Shown here in pieces: positions 1 to 11,351 of a stretch of DNA of 43,114 nucleotides. The stretch is from Pseudolabrys sp. Lineage in GTDB: Bacteria; Pseudomonadota; Alphaproteobacteria; Rhizobiales; Xanthobacteraceae. The DNA lies in NCBI GenBank assembly GCA_029945495.1, contig JAQSCR010000221.1, positions 1 to 43,114 on the forward strand. The letters are read 5' to 3'. The notes under the pieces are model-generated. The model saw nothing but the letters and a program-made list of their open reading frames with translations, did not search any database and was not told the origin of the DNA. Made by a program: the position numbers and the translations under genes. Each line of letters opens with the position of its first letter. Position 1 is the stretch's first letter.

Positions 1-2
1 GC

Positions 3-92
3 TGGCGGCTTGAGCTGGCCGCTGGTCGCCTGGGTGGTTTGAAAGCGACTATCGTCCCTGACGAAGCACAATCACGATCTGCTCCGCGCTGA
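3..92 (+). CDS. C-terminal end of a probable sensor histidine kinase (partial, window edge)
   Basis: Frame 3 reads WRLELAAGRLGGLKATIVPDEAQSRSAPR* (TGA 90-92), resembling the last strands of a HATPase_c domain; only 29 aa visible. Confidence 0.4.
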   Translation, partial: WRLELAAGRLGGLKATIVPDEAQSRSAPR

Positions 93-338
93 ACCTCTTC
101 GTCGGCATAAGCGACGCCCGCATTGCAGATAATCAGAGCTTTTCAACGCCGAAAAGGCGATGGCACGAGCCCAACTCTTGAACCACTAACATGTATGTTA
201 TTGATATTGCTTGCGCTGTCAGAAAACAGACCCGATCTCGCGCGACTACAAACGCATGATCAATCTGCGACTGATCTGTAGGCCGGCGCGGATTGGCAAA
301 GTCTGCAAGTATGAACAGAACCGCCACTTTGTACGTGC

Positions 339-560
339 TTGCGTCGAGATCAGGTCAAGGCCGACGATGCCATTCCGACGCCCTCGCCTGCGCCGCTGCT
401 CGATCCGCACGGCCGCCGCGAAGCTGAGGAACGCCTGGGCGGCGCTGAAGCCAGCCGCTTACGCAGCAAGGCTGTGTTCGAGCGCGCGCAGGCTCAGGCA
501 GTGCAAGCCAAGAACGATCTCGATCGAGCCCGGACCTTGACTGAGCGCGGCGCCCAGGTC
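339..560 (+). pseudogene. Internal fragment of a HlyD/RND periplasmic adaptor subunit
   Basis: PSPAPLLDPHGRREAEERLGGAEASRLRSKAVFERAQAQAVQAKNDLDRARTLTERGA resembles the coiled-coil hairpin of membrane fusion proteins; N- and C-terminal domains absent. Confidence 0.55.
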
Positions 561-738
561 GAGTATTATGTCACAATGACAGTGTTTGCCGAGGCTCGCC
601 ATCGAGCGAGTTAACAGACGCCGTTTCATCGCCGTCACACTAGGCTCGATGCAGGGCACGGTCTATCGCGCAGAGAAAATTCTCGCTTGCGGTGATCCGG
701 TTTCCGAGAAGCAGGTCAAGGTCAGTCAGATCCGGCCG

Positions 739-1485
739 TTACGGCATCGAAAGCCGTCGGCTGCGGAGACCAAGCATTTGTCCGCAAACATCTTCCATGT
801 TCGCTACATGAAAGCCTTCGGCAAGATCGGGCGCGTTCTCGACAAGGCATTCCTTCAGCGCTCCAGTGTAGTTGACTTTGCCATCGCGGCTGACCGTCAG
901 GCCGTTCTTGCGCTCGAAGGCCGCGTTCCACTCGACTGCCTCCTCCCGCCCAAGATGCTTCGGCAGGGATTGCGCGATTTTACCCTTCGACAGCGTTACC
1001 GGGTATCCGCCGGGAAGCCCGGCTGGGCCCGGGACATGCCCGGACCATTCCAGGTTTGCAGACATCGCCAGAAGCATCGGCACGCCGCTCGCCCCTGAGA
1101 TATCGATCACGGGCTCCGGCGTAAGCTGAACCGCCGCAAACCGCTCAAAGACGTCATCGATCTCGACGTCGTCGATCCAGACTCGGGGAGGAACGCCGCC
1201 ACGCTCTGCGGCAGGACGTCTCCAGGCGCCGAGGTTCTGGTAGTGAGCGAGCAGCTTGATCGCGGCGCCAGCCGGCGCGACGCCAGATCCGGCCATGACA
1301 TTGGAGAGGATGGCAACATTGCCCATGCCGCAGGCCACCTCATGGCCCATTGCCGTGATCAAGCCATTCACAACATCGGGAAAGCTGCAATTGACGAGGA
1401 CGATCGGCTCACCACTTTTGGAGATTGCGGCCGCCACGCGCGAACTGATGAGTGCCTAGAAAACGGCTGTGGCACTAAGCCCTCC
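739..1485 (-). pseudogene. 5'-truncated hypothetical gene (possible dehydrogenase-like C-terminal half) with an in-frame stop
   Basis: 232-aa ORF (VNCSFPDVVN, GMGNVAIL, PGPAGLPGGYPV); the same frame continues upstream as GGLSATAVF*ALISSRV with TAG at 1456-1458 and has no proper start. Confidence 0.55.
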
Positions 1486-1556
1486 CTTCGCGAAAAGACG
1501 CGGAACACGGCCTTTGGCGCGCGTGTTGTCATGACATTCATCCGAGCGCTCTTCTC

Positions 1557-3080
<1,524 letters not shown>

Positions 3081-3114
3081 GTCGGTTTCCAGTCTGCTAT
3101 TTCAGATTAAGGTT

Positions 3115-4398
3115 TCAAAAACGGGCGTCGGCGAGATGCGAAACTTGAGCACCGACCTCGTAGTACGCCTCCTTGACGGCGCGCAACGGGGCCGCGGCGG
3201 GTTCGGTCACGGGCAACGGCAAATCTTTTTCGCCAATGCGCCCCAGCGTCAACGCGGCAAGACAGTGGCCGAACACCGTACCGGGCGCGATGCCACGTCC
3301 GTTATAGCCGCTGAAAGAAACGACATTGCGGCCGAGCCGATGGAAGCGCGGCAGATTATCGACCGTCATGCCGATCTTGCCGTACCACTCGGTCTCGAAG
3401 GCAACGTCCTTCAGTTGAGGAAACAGTTTCGTCATTGCGCGCCGGCCCCAGCCGCGATGAATCGGCACGCCGGACCCGCGCAGCGCACCGACGCTGCCAA
3501 AGATGAAACGCCCGGCGTCATCGAATCGGAATGAACTCAACACTTCCTTGGTGTCCCAGGCGCCTTGCCGCTCCGGCAGAATGGAACGGCGCAGGCTGTC
3601 GCTCAGCGGCTTGGTCGCCATGTTGAAATAGGGCAGATGGATCAATTCGGTACGCAAAGCCGGCCAGACCGAGCTGGTATAGGCATTGGTGGCAACGATG
3701 ACTGACGGTGCCTGCGCAACACCGCGCGGCGTGCTCAAGCGCCACGTCGAACCATCATCGTCAGCCGCGACCACCGGGCTCGATGTGCAGATCGTCACCC
3801 CCGCCGCAACGGCGGCATGGGCGAGCCCGCGCACATAGGCCAACGGCTGAATGGTGCCTGCCCGCTCGTCGAGCAGCGAACCGGCATAAGCCGTCGTACC
3901 GATCTTGCGCGCGGTCTCATTGGCATCGAAGAGGCGCACCGGCGCGCCGCGCGCCTGCCACTGCCGCGCCCTTTCTTTCAATTCCGTCAGACCGCCAGCC
4001 CCGACCGCGCAGTGCAATGTGCCGTTCGGCACGGCTCCGCAGGCAATACCGTGGTGCTTGATGAGATCGAAGACAGCACGCGGCGCATTGCCGAGGAGAT
4101 CAAGCAGCCGCGCGCCATAAGTGGCGCCCAGTATCGCCGGCAGTTCGTCGGGCATCACCCACATGCCGGCATTGACCAGACCGACATTGCGGCCGGAACC
4201 GCCAAAACCGATCTCGACAGCTTCCAGCACGGCGACCTTGGCGCCGCCCTCGGCGAGATGCAGCGCCGCAGACAAACCGGTGAAGCCAGCGCCGATGACC
4301 ACTACATCGACATTGGTCTCACCGTCGAGCGCGTGCGACGCCGGCGGCGGCGGAGCAGTCTGCTCCCAAAGGCCATGGCTGCGAGGGTCGTCTTTCAT
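3115..4398 (-). CDS. amaA: FAD-dependent oxidoreductase, L-pipecolate oxidase
   Basis: SHGLWEQTAP N-terminus, GAGFTG FAD motif, GGSGRNVGLVNAG, GYNGRGIAPGT; lies between hglS and amaB. Confidence 0.85.
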   Translation of the reverse strand: MKDDPRSHGLWEQTAPPPPASHALDGETNVDVVVIGAGFTGLSAALHLAEGGAKVAVLEAVEIGFGGSGRNVGLVNAGMWVMPDELPAILGATYGARLLDLLGNAPRAVFDLIKHHGIACGAVPNGTLHCAVGAGGLTELKERARQWQARGAPVRLFDANETARKIGTTAYAGSLLDERAGTIQPLAYVRGLAHAAVAAGVTICTSSPVVAADDDGSTWRLSTPRGVAQAPSVIVATNAYTSSVWPALRTELIHLPYFNMATKPLSDSLRRSILPERQGAWDTKEVLSSFRFDDAGRFIFGSVGALRGSGVPIHRGWGRRAMTKLFPQLKDVAFETEWYGKIGMTVDNLPRFHRLGRNVVSFSGYNGRGIAPGTVFGHCLAALTLGRIGEKDLPLPVTEPAAAPLRAVKEAYYEVGAQVSHLADARF

Positions 4399-4474
4399 CG
4401 GCGAAGCGCTTTCAAAGAAGCTGGCTTATCGTGCCAGATCGGCCTTTCCCGTGCCATGGGCGACTGCGCATGGC

Positions 4475-5883
4475 TCACGGCAGTGCCGGCGCGACAGCCG
4501 TGGCAGCGCTCCGACGCAGCGCGGCCCGCACGGCGGCGATCGAGGCCAATTGCGCTTGCTCGTAAACGTGAAATTCATCCAGAACCGGCACGCCAAGCGC
4601 TTCAACGAAAGCTTGCTTGGCAGCATTGGTGTCGTAAAGGCGCTGCTCCTCGCCGCCCAGATTGGATTGGAAAATGCCAGCCGCGCTGACCGGCAAGAAA
4701 TCCTCGTAAACCATCGGATAGGCGCTGACGACGCCGAGCGTCACCATTTCCTCGATCGGCAATGCGTCCACCCCGGCAGGAATGTCCCGGTCCTTCGGGT
4801 CCTTGAGGGCGTATTTGAAATAACCAAGACCGGCAAGGCGCAGTGTGTCGTAATTTTCAGGAAAGGTTGCGAACGCGGCGGCAAGGCGCTCGTTATAGCC
4901 CTGCGAGCCTTCGTTGGTTTCACCTTGGCCGTCGACGCCATCCCGCCGCGCCGATGCCAACAGCTCATCATAGAGTGCGCGACCTTTGCGGCTCAGCGCC
5001 AGGCCGCGCTGCTCGATCTCGCCGAAGCGGGCGGTGTGCGTGCCGGCTACCGTCGCGTCGCCGTTCCGAAACAGGATCGACTCTTCGAGCGCCTTGAACT
5101 CGTTTGCCTAAGCAGAATCGGGCATGCCCGTCGTGGCGGGCCTTCGATGACCGCCTTGGCGGCAATACCGCGCGCCGGCATGCGGGCCTGCACTGCATCG
5201 ATATCCAATGTGCGCGGCGTCAGATGGTTGATGTGCGGCCCCTTGAAGGCGACGACATCCGCGATCAGGCGATGCGCCTCGCTCAGCCGACGATAGGTCT
5301 CGGCGTCGATGGTCGCTTCGCTGTGCCATTGAAAGATGCGCACTGCCTCGGCTACGAAGCGCGCCGCCTCATTCTCATCAAGCCCACCTTCGCGCTCGAA
5401 GCGGGCGATGAGATCTACGATCTCATCCGAGAAGATACGGCGGCGGGCGAGAATGGCCTCGATCTCGCGGCGCAAAGCTCGGTCGTCGATCAGATCGAGG
5501 CGCAGGAGGGACGTGAAGACACGAAATGGGTTATTGGCGAGCGCGGTTTCGCCGACCGGTCGGAGCGCCGTCGAGTGCACCGGCACGCCGGCGGCCGACA
5601 GATCGTAGTAGCCAACCGGTACCATACCCATGACGGCGAACAGCCGACGGATGAAAGAGAGCTCTTCTGGCGTGCCGAGTCGGATCGCGCCGTGGCGCTC
5701 GACATTGATGCGATCGAGATCGTCGCTTGCAGAGAGCTGGGCATGGAGCTTGGCGTTGGCGCCCAAGGTTTCGCCGTTCACTTCGGCCACCAGGTCCAGG
5801 AGCGCACCGTACTGGGGCACCTCCGACTTATACATTCTCGACATGGCTTGGGAAAACGCGGCTCGGATATCGTCCGGTCGCAT
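4475..5883 (-). pseudogene. hglS: 2-oxoadipate dioxygenase/decarboxylase (hydroxyglutarate synthase, YdcJ/DUF1338), frameshifted
   Basis: ERHGAIRLG, HINHLTPRTLDID and LLRQTS lie in the 5047-5937 frame; KALEESILF, HTARFGEIEQRG and YEDFLPVSAAGIFQSNLG lie in the 4475-4960 frame; one base is missing near 5097-5099. Start could be 5883 or 5937. Confidence 0.88.
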
Positions 5884-6012
5884 ACAGGTCTTCAAAGGCG
5901 CACGATTTTTTACATATATGTTTGATTTTATTGGCATATTTTGTCGTTCGACGGGCGCTGCGGTATATCACTTTTGTCCGTTCTGGCCCTGGATGCAAAC
6001 GACGTTCTTGCC

Positions 6013-6038
6013 TAACATCATGATCAAATGGAATGTTA
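6013..6038. promoter_or_regulatory. Probable LysR binding site between hglS and the LysR gene
   Basis: TAACATcATGatcaaatggaATGTTA: outer TAACAT/ATGTTA dyad with a T-N11-A core (T6021, A6033) in a divergent intergenic region. Confidence 0.5.
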
Positions 6039-6083
6039 TCGCGTCGGGACGACCGGCGCTGGGCCTTTCCCGGAGTCTGACAC

Positions 6084-6983
6084 ATGGCGATTCCTCGCCG
6101 CTTTCTCCCCTCGATGTCGCTGCTCTATGCCTTCGAAGGCGCCGCCCGCGCCGAGAGCTTCACTGCCGCTGCGGCGGAGCTGAATCTGACGCAAAGCGCC
6201 GTCAGCCGCCAGATCCGTGCGCTGGAAGACATGCTCGGCTGCACCTTGTTCCTGCGTGAACGCCAGACTGTGAAACTGACCGCGGCCGGCGAGGCCTATG
6301 CCGGCGAAATCCGCGAAGCGTTGCAGCATATCGCAACGGCGACGCTCGGGCTGCGCGCCAATCCCAGTGGCGGGAGTCTCAATCTGGCGATCCTGCCCAC
6401 CTTCGGCACGCGCTGGTTGGCGCCGCGGCTACCCAGTTTTCTTGCCGAAAACCCAGGGATTACCATCAATCTCACAACGAGGTTGGCCCCGTTCGATTTT
6501 CAGTTCGACCAGGTCGATGCCGCCATTCACTTTGGCAGCGCCGACTGGTCGGGCGCCGAGCTTGAACTCTTGATGGGTGAGATGGTCGTGCCGGCCTGCA
6601 GTCCGGAACTGCGCGAACGGCTTCAGATCAGAAAGCCCGAGGACCTGCAGAAGGCCCCGCTTCTGCATCTCGTGTCTCGTCCCGACGCCTGGGAGCGCTG
6701 GTTTCAGGCGATGGGGATCGAGGCGGACGATGTTCACGGCATGCTGATCGACCAATTCGCCACCGCGGCGCAAGCGGCGATGGCCGGCTTGGGCGTGGCA
6801 CTGTTGCCGACATTTCTTATCGAGGCGGAACTGGCGCGTGGCGATCTGGTCGAACCGGTCGAAGGTGCGATGAGCAGCTCAGGGCACTATTATCTCGCGT
6901 GGCCACCCAAACGCGCGTCCTATCCGCCGCTGCAGGCATTCCGCGCGTGGCTGAAGAAACTTCTCGCAACGCCAGTGACCTGA
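6084..6983 (+). CDS. LysR-family regulator (GcvA-like)
   Basis: FEGAARAESFTAAAAELNLTQSAVSRQIRALE HTH; LPTFGTRWLAPRL; divergent from the lysine operon. Confidence 0.93.
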   Translation: MAIPRRFLPSMSLLYAFEGAARAESFTAAAAELNLTQSAVSRQIRALEDMLGCTLFLRERQTVKLTAAGEAYAGEIREALQHIATATLGLRANPSGGSLNLAILPTFGTRWLAPRLPSFLAENPGITINLTTRLAPFDFQFDQVDAAIHFGSADWSGAELELLMGEMVVPACSPELRERLQIRKPEDLQKAPLLHLVSRPDAWERWFQAMGIEADDVHGMLIDQFATAAQAAMAGLGVALLPTFLIEAELARGDLVEPVEGAMSSSGHYYLAWPPKRASYPPLQAFRAWLKKLLATPVT

Positions 6984-7124
6984 CCGTCATCCGCAGCCTG
7001 TGGTTTTGTCGCGATCACCAGAATATCTAGGTTCATCGAAATCAGCGACGCATCTCCACCGACGGCCGCAGCGTTGACGGAGAAGGTCTGTTCGGTCGCA
7101 AATCGTTGCAGATAGTCCGGGCCC

Positions 7125-7200
7125 CCAACGCATTTGCGCGCTTGGTAAACGAGAAGCTGGACACCGGAGACGTGAACGTCCGGAGGTCTTACAGACGCCT
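7125..7200 (+). pseudogene. Possible remnant of the C-terminus of a large serine recombinase
   Basis: NAFARLVNEKLDTGDVNVRRSY resembles, from memory, C-termini of rhizobial island recombinases; very short. Confidence 0.3.
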
Positions 7201-7392
7201 GCGGCTTGTGCAACGGCCTTCGGCGCCTGCCCGCTCGCAACTTGCCGGACAATCCGCTCTCGACCTGACGGCGTTAGACGGGCATTCTTGAGGAGTTCAT
7301 CCAGTCCTCCTCCCGAGAAATCTAAAGTCTCGAAACCTTCGGCTTCCCAAGTCCGGACCGGATGGATAACGTATTGAAAGCTCGCAGCTAGT

Positions 7393-7460
7393 CAATGTCT
7401 GCTGTTGGCGCAATTTACGTGCCCGCGACGGTTTGTCCGCGATTGACCCAAAGCGAGACA
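7393..7460. repeat. Degenerate copy of the dispersed hairpin repeat (TGTCCGCT-N-AGCGGACA type)
   Basis: aatgtctgctgttggcgc and tgtccgcgattgacccaaagcgagaca; similar to copies near 19780, 21960 and 27460. Confidence 0.45.
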
Positions 7461-7715
7461 CAGCCTTCCGGCGAAATTGCGCCGGCTCGTGGCCGCCGCC
7501 ATCTGTCGGATCTGCCGCGTTGCGGCCTATCACATACTGGCCCTGTCCGCCCAGAGAGCGAGAACACACTCTTATCCTATGGGCTATTAGTATAGGCACC
7601 GGACTTCGCATGGGTTCCTGCGTGCGCGAGAACGAACTGAACATGGGGCGGCGCTGCGGGATTTGCTTTAGTGTGATACGGACGCAAGGCAAAAATCTCC
7701 GCACTGGACCCGCGC

Positions 7716-9719
7716 ATGGCTTCGCTCGTCAACAGTCTGATCTGCGCCGGCGCCGCGATCGTCATCTATGCCTGTATCGGCCTGCCGCTGGCGTTACGCG
7801 TCGCGTCACGCCCGCTGGCGCTGATGCTGGCGCCCGCTTTGGGTTGGGCGATACACAGCGTCGTGGCGCTGCCGCTGTTTTTCGCCGTCGGCCTGTCGCG
7901 CCCGACTGCGGTCTCCGTGTTCGTCGTTCCGCTTCTCGGGGCTATCGCCGCTCTCTACAAGGATCGCGCTTGGCAAGGCGAGGCCGTGTTCGCTCGCATC
8001 CCAGCACTGGCGCTCGCCGGTGCGGCGCTGCTGGCGCTCGTCGTCATGGCTGCGGTACTACCAAAAATATCGTCCGATGGAGTAGCGCTCGCCGGGCCGA
8101 TCTTCGACCACTCCAAGATTGCGATGATCGATGAGATGGCGCGACTCGGTGTGCCGCCCGGCAATCCGTTTTTCGGCGGCGAGGGCAGCCCGGCGCGGCT
8201 TTCGTACTATTATCTCTGGCACTTCAGTGCCGCCGAATTCTCACTGCTGCTCAATATTAGCGGTTGGGAAGCCGACGCCGGGCTTTCCTGGTTCACCGGT
8301 TTTGCCTCGCTCGGCGTGCTGATCGGGCTTTCCGTGCGGGTGAGCGGCCGCGCCGTCGCGGCGTTGTGGGTCATCGCCTTTGCCGCAGGCGGATCGCTGC
8401 GGCCCTTGTTCTATGGGCTGTTCGGCGTCGACCGCACCGAGGAAATTGCCGGTTATCAGTCTGGCTTCGGCGGCTGGCTGTTTCAAACCTCGTGGGCGCC
8501 GCAGCACTCCGCCTCGGCCACGGTTGCGCTGCTCGCGCTCTATCTTCTTGTCGAGGTCTGCAAACGGCCGGGCAGGTCGACCGTGCTGCTGTTGGCGCTC
8601 ACCATGGCGGCCGGCTTTGAAAGCTCGACTTGGGTCGGCGGCGTCGCGTTTCCGCTGGCCGCCGCGCCGGTTGCGTTGGTCATGTTGGCGCGCGCTGCAC
8701 CGCGGCAGCGAATGGGCATCGTCATTGGCCTCGCCATTGCCGCGTTGCTGGCGCTGCTGTTGATATCTCCGTTCCTCTACGATCAATGGCAGATGACGGC
8801 GTTGCGCGGTGACGGCCCGCCGATCAAGCTGGAGCCGAACGGAATTCTCGGCGAATATGTGTCGGCTATTGTTGGCGGAAAATTCGGCGCCTGGGCCGCC
8901 AGCCTCGCGAATGGCGCAGCCTACTGGCTCATTTATCTTCCCGTCGAGTTTCCGGCGTTTTATCTCACCGGATTGGTTACGCTCTATGTTGTGTTAAAAG
9001 ACCGAGCGCTATCGCCCGAGCGCCGCGCCTTGGCGGTTGCATTCGCGCTGGCGATTGCCGCGAGCCTTACGGCGTCATGGCTGCTGGTCAGCACCTTGGG
9101 CGACAACAACGATCTCGGCTGGCGCGCCATACTGCCGGGCATGATGCTGCTGATGGTCTTCGCCGCCGCCGGACTGTCGCGTCTGACATTCCAGCGGCAC
9201 GCAATAGCGCTCGTCGCCGGCGGTGCGCTCGTGTTACTCGCCATTCCCGACGGCGCCCGTTTCGCCGGCGGCAATATTGCCGGCACGCCGGGCGTCTCCG
9301 CCAAGGCCTTCGCCGCGACGCCAGAACTGTGGCAGGCGGTGCGGCGCGTCACACCTGACGCCGACCGCGTCGCCAACAATCCGCTCGCCATGGAGCATGT
9401 CACGCCGTGGAGCGTGAACATCGGCTGGGCGCTGATGGGCAATCGCCGCTCCTGCTACGCCAACGCCGCGCTGGTCGGGCCGTTCTCGGCGCTGCCGAAA
9501 GCGCGCCAGGATGAGATCGAAGTGCAATTCGTCCGCACCTTCGCCGGTCAGGCCAAGGCTGGCGATATCGAGCAACTGGCGACGCAATTCAAATGCGCCA
9601 CCGCGGTAGTCACGCCCGAGGATGGCGCGTGGACCAACGATCCGTTTGCCAGCAGCACGGTTTATCGTCTGGCGGAAGGCAACGCCAACTGGCGGATTTA
9701 CCGCGTCGTCGGCCGTTAA
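7716..9719 (+). CDS. Large polytopic membrane protein with YYY motif (DUF2298-like, putative GT-C-fold glycosyltransferase)
   Basis: 667 aa with many hydrophobic segments; first large loop FDHSKIAMIDEMARLGVPPGNPFFGG...LSYYYLWHF; soluble C-terminal domain. Confidence 0.65.
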   Translation: MASLVNSLICAGAAIVIYACIGLPLALRVASRPLALMLAPALGWAIHSVVALPLFFAVGLSRPTAVSVFVVPLLGAIAALYKDRAWQGEAVFARIPALALAGAALLALVVMAAVLPKISSDGVALAGPIFDHSKIAMIDEMARLGVPPGNPFFGGEGSPARLSYYYLWHFSAAEFSLLLNISGWEADAGLSWFTGFASLGVLIGLSVRVSGRAVAALWVIAFAAGGSLRPLFYGLFGVDRTEEIAGYQSGFGGWLFQTSWAPQHSASATVALLALYLLVEVCKRPGRSTVLLLALTMAAGFESSTWVGGVAFPLAAAPVALVMLARAAPRQRMGIVIGLAIAALLALLLISPFLYDQWQMTALRGDGPPIKLEPNGILGEYVSAIVGGKFGAWAASLANGAAYWLIYLPVEFPAFYLTGLVTLYVVLKDRALSPERRALAVAFALAIAASLTASWLLVSTLGDNNDLGWRAILPGMMLLMVFAAAGLSRLTFQRHAIALVAGGALVLLAIPDGARFAGGNIAGTPGVSAKAFAATPELWQAVRRVTPDADRVANNPLAMEHVTPWSVNIGWALMGNRRSCYANAALVGPFSALPKARQDEIEVQFVRTFAGQAKAGDIEQLATQFKCATAVVTPEDGAWTNDPFASSTVYRLAEGNANWRIYRVVGR

Positions 9720-10507
9720 AGCCCGGCGAACCAGTTGAAGCCCTGCTTCGACCAATAGGTCGGCACGAAGCTGTTGGTCACCTCCATCGCGGTGATCCAC
9801 TTCGCGTTCTTGAAGCCGAGTTTGGTTGAGGTGCGCAATCGCAGCGGAAAGCCGAACGGATCGGTGATCGGTTCGCGCGCGTATTTGGTCGCCAGAATGG
9901 TCTGCGGGTGCAGCGCCGTCGCCATGTCGAGCGTCTCGGTGTAGCCGTCGGCGCATTTGAACGCGATATATTTGGCGCGCGTGTCGGCGCCGATACGCTT
10001 GAGAAATTCGGCAAGGCTGACGCCCGACCACTGGCCGATATAGTCCCAGCCTTCGACGCAGATGTGGCGAACGATGATTTCCTGCTCCGGCAGTTTGTAG
10101 ATCTGCTCGGCGGTCCACGGCGTCTTATTGTCGATCAGTCCGGCCAGCTCCAGCTTCCACGCTTTGCCGTCGACAGGTTTGACGTCCTCGATTTCGTAAT
10201 ACGCATTGAAGCGTGGCGGTTTGACCACCTGATCGACGCTGTAGGTCGGCGCCAGCTTGTTGGGATTGAACAGTAGCGCCTGCACGCTGTCGTTCAGTGA
10301 CGACACCGCCCGCAGAACCGACTGGACCGTATCGGTATCGCTGACCGAGCAGCCGGTCAGCATGGTGAGCGCGCCGAGCGAGACCGTGCCACGCAACAGA
10401 TTGCGGCGGTTGATCTCGGCGACCAGCTTGCGGCCTTCGTCGAGCGGACTCTGGTCGCTGCCGTTCTGCGGCCGGACGATCGAGCGCGAGGGCGATTTGA
10501 TAGCCAT
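9716..10507 (-). CDS. Molybdopterin-dependent oxidoreductase, sulfite oxidase family (MsrP/YedY-like), Tat-exported lipoprotein
   Basis: NRRNLL twin-arginine motif then LTGC lipobox; HICVEGW Mo-ligating Cys; ALHPQTILA, GFPLRL, KLGFKNAKWI. Confidence 0.9.
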   Translation of the reverse strand: MAIKSPSRSIVRPQNGSDQSPLDEGRKLVAEINRRNLLRGTVSLGALTMLTGCSVSDTDTVQSVLRAVSSLNDSVQALLFNPNKLAPTYSVDQVVKPPRFNAYYEIEDVKPVDGKAWKLELAGLIDNKTPWTAEQIYKLPEQEIIVRHICVEGWDYIGQWSGVSLAEFLKRIGADTRAKYIAFKCADGYTETLDMATALHPQTILATKYAREPITDPFGFPLRLRTSTKLGFKNAKWITAMEVTNSFVPTYWSKQGFNWFAGL

Positions 10508-10519
10508 GGTGTCAGTCCG

Positions 10520-11203
10520 TCATTGCGCGGCAACGGGGTGAGCGTCTGGCGCATCGGGCACGTCGGGTCCGCCGGTGACCATGGCACCGATGGTCTTCGG
10601 TACCAGCAGCGCCAGCGCGACGGGAATAACCAAGAAGCCGACGATTGCCGTCATGCCGATGAAATGCGCCAGCCGTCCGCCCTGGAAGCCGTAAAACAGC
10701 GACAGCAATTCCTGGAATTGCACCGGCTTCCAGATCGCCAGGCCGGACAGCACCTGTACGGCGATGATCAGCATGATGCCGACATAGAGCGTCTTCTGCA
10801 CTGCGTTGTAGTGCGTGATGTCGTCATGCGCGAGCTTGAAGCTTAGTGCGTCGCGCACATCGGCGATGATTTCGCGCGGACTTATCGGCAGCAATTTGCG
10901 CCGGAAGCGGCCGGTGAAAAAGCCGTAGATGAGGTAACACAGGCCGTTGATAGCCAGCAGCCACATGGCGAAGAAATGGATTTGCAGGCCGTGCTGCGCC
11001 CAGTGGCCGAACGTCATCCAGTCCGGGAAATGCAGCCAGCCGAAAAGCACCTCGTCGTTATAGATCTTCCAGCCGCTGCCGATCAGCATGATCATGGCGA
11101 CAGCATTGATCCAGTGCATCGTTCGCACCGCAGCCGGATGCAGTTTGCGATGACGGCGAGTTGATTTGACCGTGAGTGTGTCCGTCATGATGGTCTGGCT
11201 CAT
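10520..11203 (-). CDS. Cytochrome b/b6-domain membrane subunit (HyaC/PhsC type), partner of the molybdoenzyme
   Basis: VRTMHWINA, SGWKIYN, QIHFF, HYNAVQK, LSGLAIWKPVQF, RLAHF; start set at ATG 11203; expected fourth His is Pro (codon 10622-10624). Confidence 0.88.
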   Translation of the reverse strand: MSQTIMTDTLTVKSTRRHRKLHPAAVRTMHWINAVAMIMLIGSGWKIYNDEVLFGWLHFPDWMTFGHWAQHGLQIHFFAMWLLAINGLCYLIYGFFTGRFRRKLLPISPREIIADVRDALSFKLAHDDITHYNAVQKTLYVGIMLIIAVQVLSGLAIWKPVQFQELLSLFYGFQGGRLAHFIGMTAIVGFLVIPVALALLVPKTIGAMVTGGPDVPDAPDAHPVAAQ

Positions 11204-11351
11204 TGAGGGCGCTTCGACGGGGATAAGACGTAAACCGCTTTTGACGCGCAACACACGAGTTCGTGTAGCTCACGCGAGCAAACGTACACGACATTGAGAG
11301 ATCAATGGCATTGAGAGATTTTAGGCAATGAGAGACCGGGAGGGGAATTCG

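Noticed and set aside
5090-5105. Programmed frameshift in hglS
   Set aside because: No slippery heptamer or homopolymer; a point deletion or sequencing error is simpler
4121-5296. 391-aa plus-strand ORF and other shadows over amaA, amaB and hglS
   Set aside because: Opposite strand to conserved enzymes; composition typical of antisense frames
7433-8134. 233-aa ORF starting MSAIDPKR, and similar ORFs at 7395 and 27460
   Set aside because: They start inside the dispersed repeat, and the 7433 ORF overlaps the membrane protein gene out of frame; likely artefacts
9716-11203. Calling the pair canonical msrPQ
   Set aside because: The membrane partner is a HyaC/PhsC-type cytochrome b rather than MsrQ, and the catalytic subunit is shorter and has a lipobox
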